Source: Bacillota bacterium
GTDB taxonomy: Bacteria; Bacillota; Bacilli; Bacillales; Amphibacillaceae
Assembly (NCBI GenBank): GCA_051746745.1
Contig: JBNJFJ010000002.1
Coordinates: 5,420 to 69,419, forward strand
DNA: 64,000 nt
Reading direction: 5' to 3'
The position numbers and the translations under genes were made by a program. Position 1 is the stretch's first letter. Each line of letters begins with the position of its first letter. The notes below the pieces were generated by a model. The model searched no databases and was not told the DNA's origin. It was given only the letters and a program-made list of their open reading frames with translations. Below, piece after piece: positions 61,547 to 64,000 of the stretch.

Positions 61547-62230
61547 TTAGGCTTGGTGCAAATCAAGGGCACGTTTTGCTGCACGTTGCTCTGCTTCTTT
61601 TTTTGTTCGGCCATGGCCTTTACCTAATACTTCTTGATTAATTTTCACATGCGCGACAAATTCACGGTCATGTGCCGGTCCATGTTCGGCAATAATTTCG
61701 TATTCAATTTCAGCATGTTTATTTTGTTGGATCAATTCTTGCAATTGACTCTTATAATCCAGCCCATGTAAAAAGGCCCCTTCTTTAACTTTGGGATAGA
61801 CATGCTGTTTTAAAAACGAAACCACAACTTCAAATCCTTGATCGAGATATAATGCCCCAATAAAAGCTTCAAATACATCCGCTAATAGCGCTGGGCGTTT
61901 TCTTCCCCCGGTACGTTCTTCTCCTTTTCCGAGTAAGACAAATTTATCAAAATGCAATTCTTTCGCAAATTTCACGAGGGCGGGCTCACAAACAATCGAT
62001 GCTCTTAGTTTCGTCAATTCGCCTTCTGCCTTATTTGGAAACTCACGATAGAGATATTGAGAAATACCAAGTTCTAAAACGGCATCGCCTAAAAACTCTA
62101 ATCGCTCATTATCTTGATGGATGCGATTTTTATGTTCATTCACATACGATGAGTGGGTAAACGCTTGTTCAAGTATTTTCTGGTCATGAAAGAAAATCTT
62201 TAACTCTTTTTGTAAATCTTTAAAATTCAT
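61547..62230 (-). CDS. rnc: Ribonuclease III
   Basis: [12 protein letters not shown] signature, dsRBD (KKEAEQRAA). Confidence 0.98.
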   Translation of the reverse strand: MNFKDLQKELKIFFHDQKILEQAFTHSSYVNEHKNRIHQDNERLEFLGDAVLELGISQYLYREFPNKAEGELTKLRASIVCEPALVKFAKELHFDKFVLLGKGEERTGGRKRPALLADVFEAFIGALYLDQGFEVVVSFLKQHVYPKVKEGAFLHGLDYKSQLQELIQQNKHAEIEYEIIAEHGPAHDREFVAHVKINQEVLGKGHGRTKKEAEQRAAKRALDLHQA

Positions 62231-62285
62231 TCCTTCACCTCCTTTTTTTCTCCCTATATCTTATCTTTAATTGCTGAAAAAAGCA

Positions 62286-62316
62286 AAGGTCCCGTTTAAA
62301 AAAACGAGACCTTTTT
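62286..62316 (-). terminator. Terminator after acpP
   Basis: AAAGGTCCCGTTT...AAACGAGACCTTT hairpin. Confidence 0.65.
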
Positions 62317-62325
62317 TGATATTTT

Positions 62326-62559
62326 TTAAGCTTGACTGTCTATGTAGTTCACAGCATCAGCCACTGTTTGAATTTTTTCTGCCTCTTCATCAGCAATTTC
62401 CATATCAAACTCATCTTCAAGTTCCATCACTAATTCAACAACATCTAGTGAATCTGCTTCAAGATCATCTTTGAAAGATGCTTCAAGTGTTACTTTTTCT
62501 TCTTCCACATCTAAACGGTCAACAACAATTTTCTTTACGCGATCGAAAGTTTCTGCCAT
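62326..62559 (-). CDS. acpP: Acyl carrier protein
   Basis: [20 protein letters not shown]. Confidence 0.98.
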   Translation of the reverse strand: MAETFDRVKKIVVDRLDVEEEKVTLEASFKDDLEADSLDVVELVMELEDEFDMEIADEEAEKIQTVADAVNYIDSQA

Positions 62560-62592
62560 TTGTCATTCACCCCCTTTCAAATAATATTGGGC

Positions 62593-63327
62593 TTACATAT
62601 ACATGCCACCATCAACGGATAACGTTTGTCCGGTAATATAACTTGCCGCATCCGATGCTAAGAAATACACAGCTTCAGCGACTTGTTTCGGTTCACCAAG
62701 AGCTTTAAGCGGTATTTGATTTAGCAATAAGGCTTTTTGTTCATCTGATAGTGCCTCTGTCATATCGGTCGTGATAAACCCAGGAGCCACTGTATTGACG
62801 CGAATCTGTTTTGCGGCTAGTTCTTTTGCGGCTGATTTCGTCATCCCAATCACGCCTGACTTTGCTGCAACATAATTAATCTGTCCTGGGTTTCCAGATA
62901 GACCTACAACAGAGCTTAAGTTAACAATAGCGCCGCCTTTTTGTTTCATCATTGGACGGGCAACTGCTTTCATCATGAGAAAGACACCTTTTAGATTCGT
63001 GTCAATCACCGCATCAAAATCAGCTTCTTTCATGCGCATGAGTAAATTATCCCGGGTGACACCCGCATTATTAACAACGACATCAATCTGTCCAAAGTGA
63101 TCAACGGTCGCTTTTACCATATCTTTAACATCCGACTCATTAGCAACATTTGCTTTTACCACGAGCGCCTCTTGGCCTAAAGTTTCGACTTCGGCTTTCA
63201 CAGCCAATGCTTTGTCTTCATTACCGTTGTAGTTAACTACAACATTGTAACCGTTTTTAGCGAAGGTGAGAGCGATTTCTCGACCGATCCCTCGCGATGC
63301 TCCAGTAATAAGGGCAACTTTTGTCAT
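62593..63327 (-). CDS. fabG: 3-oxoacyl-ACP reductase
   Basis: [21 protein letters not shown]. Confidence 0.97.
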   Translation of the reverse strand: MTKVALITGASRGIGREIALTFAKNGYNVVVNYNGNEDKALAVKAEVETLGQEALVVKANVANESDVKDMVKATVDHFGQIDVVVNNAGVTRDNLLMRMKEADFDAVIDTNLKGVFLMMKAVARPMMKQKGGAIVNLSSVVGLSGNPGQINYVAAKSGVIGMTKSAAKELAAKQIRVNTVAPGFITTDMTEALSDEQKALLLNQIPLKALGEPKQVAEAVYFLASDAASYITGQTLSVDGGMYM

Positions 63328-64000
63328 GACTCTTCGTCCTCCTTGTACCATGCCACAAAGGCATCTAATGTGTCCTGGTCTTCGACCTGAAACACGCGGG
63401 CACGTCGATGAATTTTTTTCACTAATCCTGATAATACTTTTTTATTGCCAACTTCGACAAAGGCATCAATCTCATCATCTAACAAGTGACGGATACTTTC
63501 TTCAAAACGCACTTTGCTGTACAGCTGCTCTGTTAAGCGTTGTTTTATATGATCCGGATCTGTTTCGGGTTCTGCTGTGACGTTATGGAGTAACGGTACC
63601 TGCGGGGACAAAACATCAACATCCGCTAACACCGCACCAAACTTTTCTGCTTGCGGCTTCATGAATGACGAATGGAACGGCCCACTTACCGCTAAAGGAA
63701 TCACGCGTTTTGCTCCTTTTTCTTTTAACTGAGGGATCATCTCATCAATCGTTTGTTTGTCACCTGAAATAACAATTTGACCAGGCGAATTAAGATTGGC
63801 GATTTCCACTTGATTATTGGTCGTCTTTAATACCTCTTCAAGTACACCTTCAGATAGGCCAAGGACCGCACTCATCCCGCCTTTACCGTCTGGGTCTGCT
63901 TGTTCCATCAACAAACCTCTTCGATAGACGAGCGTTGTTGCTTGTTCTAGAGTTAAGCTGCCACTTGCTACGAGGGCACTATATTCTCCTAAACTATGAC
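63324..64000 (-). CDS. fabD: Malonyl-CoA-ACP transacylase (5' end outside the window)
   Basis: [11 protein letters not shown] at the window edge, [20 protein letters not shown]. Confidence 0.96.
   Translation of the reverse strand, partial: HSLGEYSALVASGSLTLEQATTLVYRRGLLMEQADPDGKGGMSAVLGLSEGVLEEVLKTTNNQVEIANLNSPGQIVISGDKQTIDEMIPQLKEKGAKRVIPLAVSGPFHSSFMKPQAEKFGAVLADVDVLSPQVPLLHNVTAEPETDPDHIKQRLTEQLYSKVRFEESIRHLLDDEIDAFVEVGNKKVLSGLVKKIHRRARVFQVEDQDTLDAFVAWYKEDEES

Overview
Core chromosomal segment of a low-GC, motile Bacillaceae-type Firmicute, syntenic with the Bacillus subtilis fabD-to-polC region. Every recognisable gene except one (a DUF1128 gene) is on the minus strand. In transcription order (right to left): fabD(partial)-fabG-acpP, rnc, [DUF1128 on +], smc-ftsY, ylxM-ffh, rpsP-khpA, rimM-trmD, rplS, lepB-rbgA, rnhB-ylqG-ylqH, dprA, topA, xerC-hslV-hslU-codY, a complete ~28 kb fla/che operon (flgB to sigD, a FapA/DUF342 gene, swrB/ylxL), rpsB-tsf-pyrH-frr, uppS-cdsA-rseP-proS, and polC (partial). 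I found no mobile elements, CRISPR arrays, tRNA or rRNA genes. Relative to B. subtilis, dxr, sucCD, trmFO and ylqD are absent from their usual positions, which would fit a fermentative lineage such as Halolactibacillus/Amphibacillus (inference only). The best unexplained signals are: (1) a two-hairpin structured RNA between the uncharacterised TIGR02530-type gene and flgE, plus a hairpin between the SD and the start codon of flbD, possibly a post-transcriptional hook-control module; (2) a 22-bp semi-palindromic element present in inverted orientation at both ends of ylxM-ffh; (3) an orphan FliK-like / FlhB-C-terminal pair (ylqG-ylqH).
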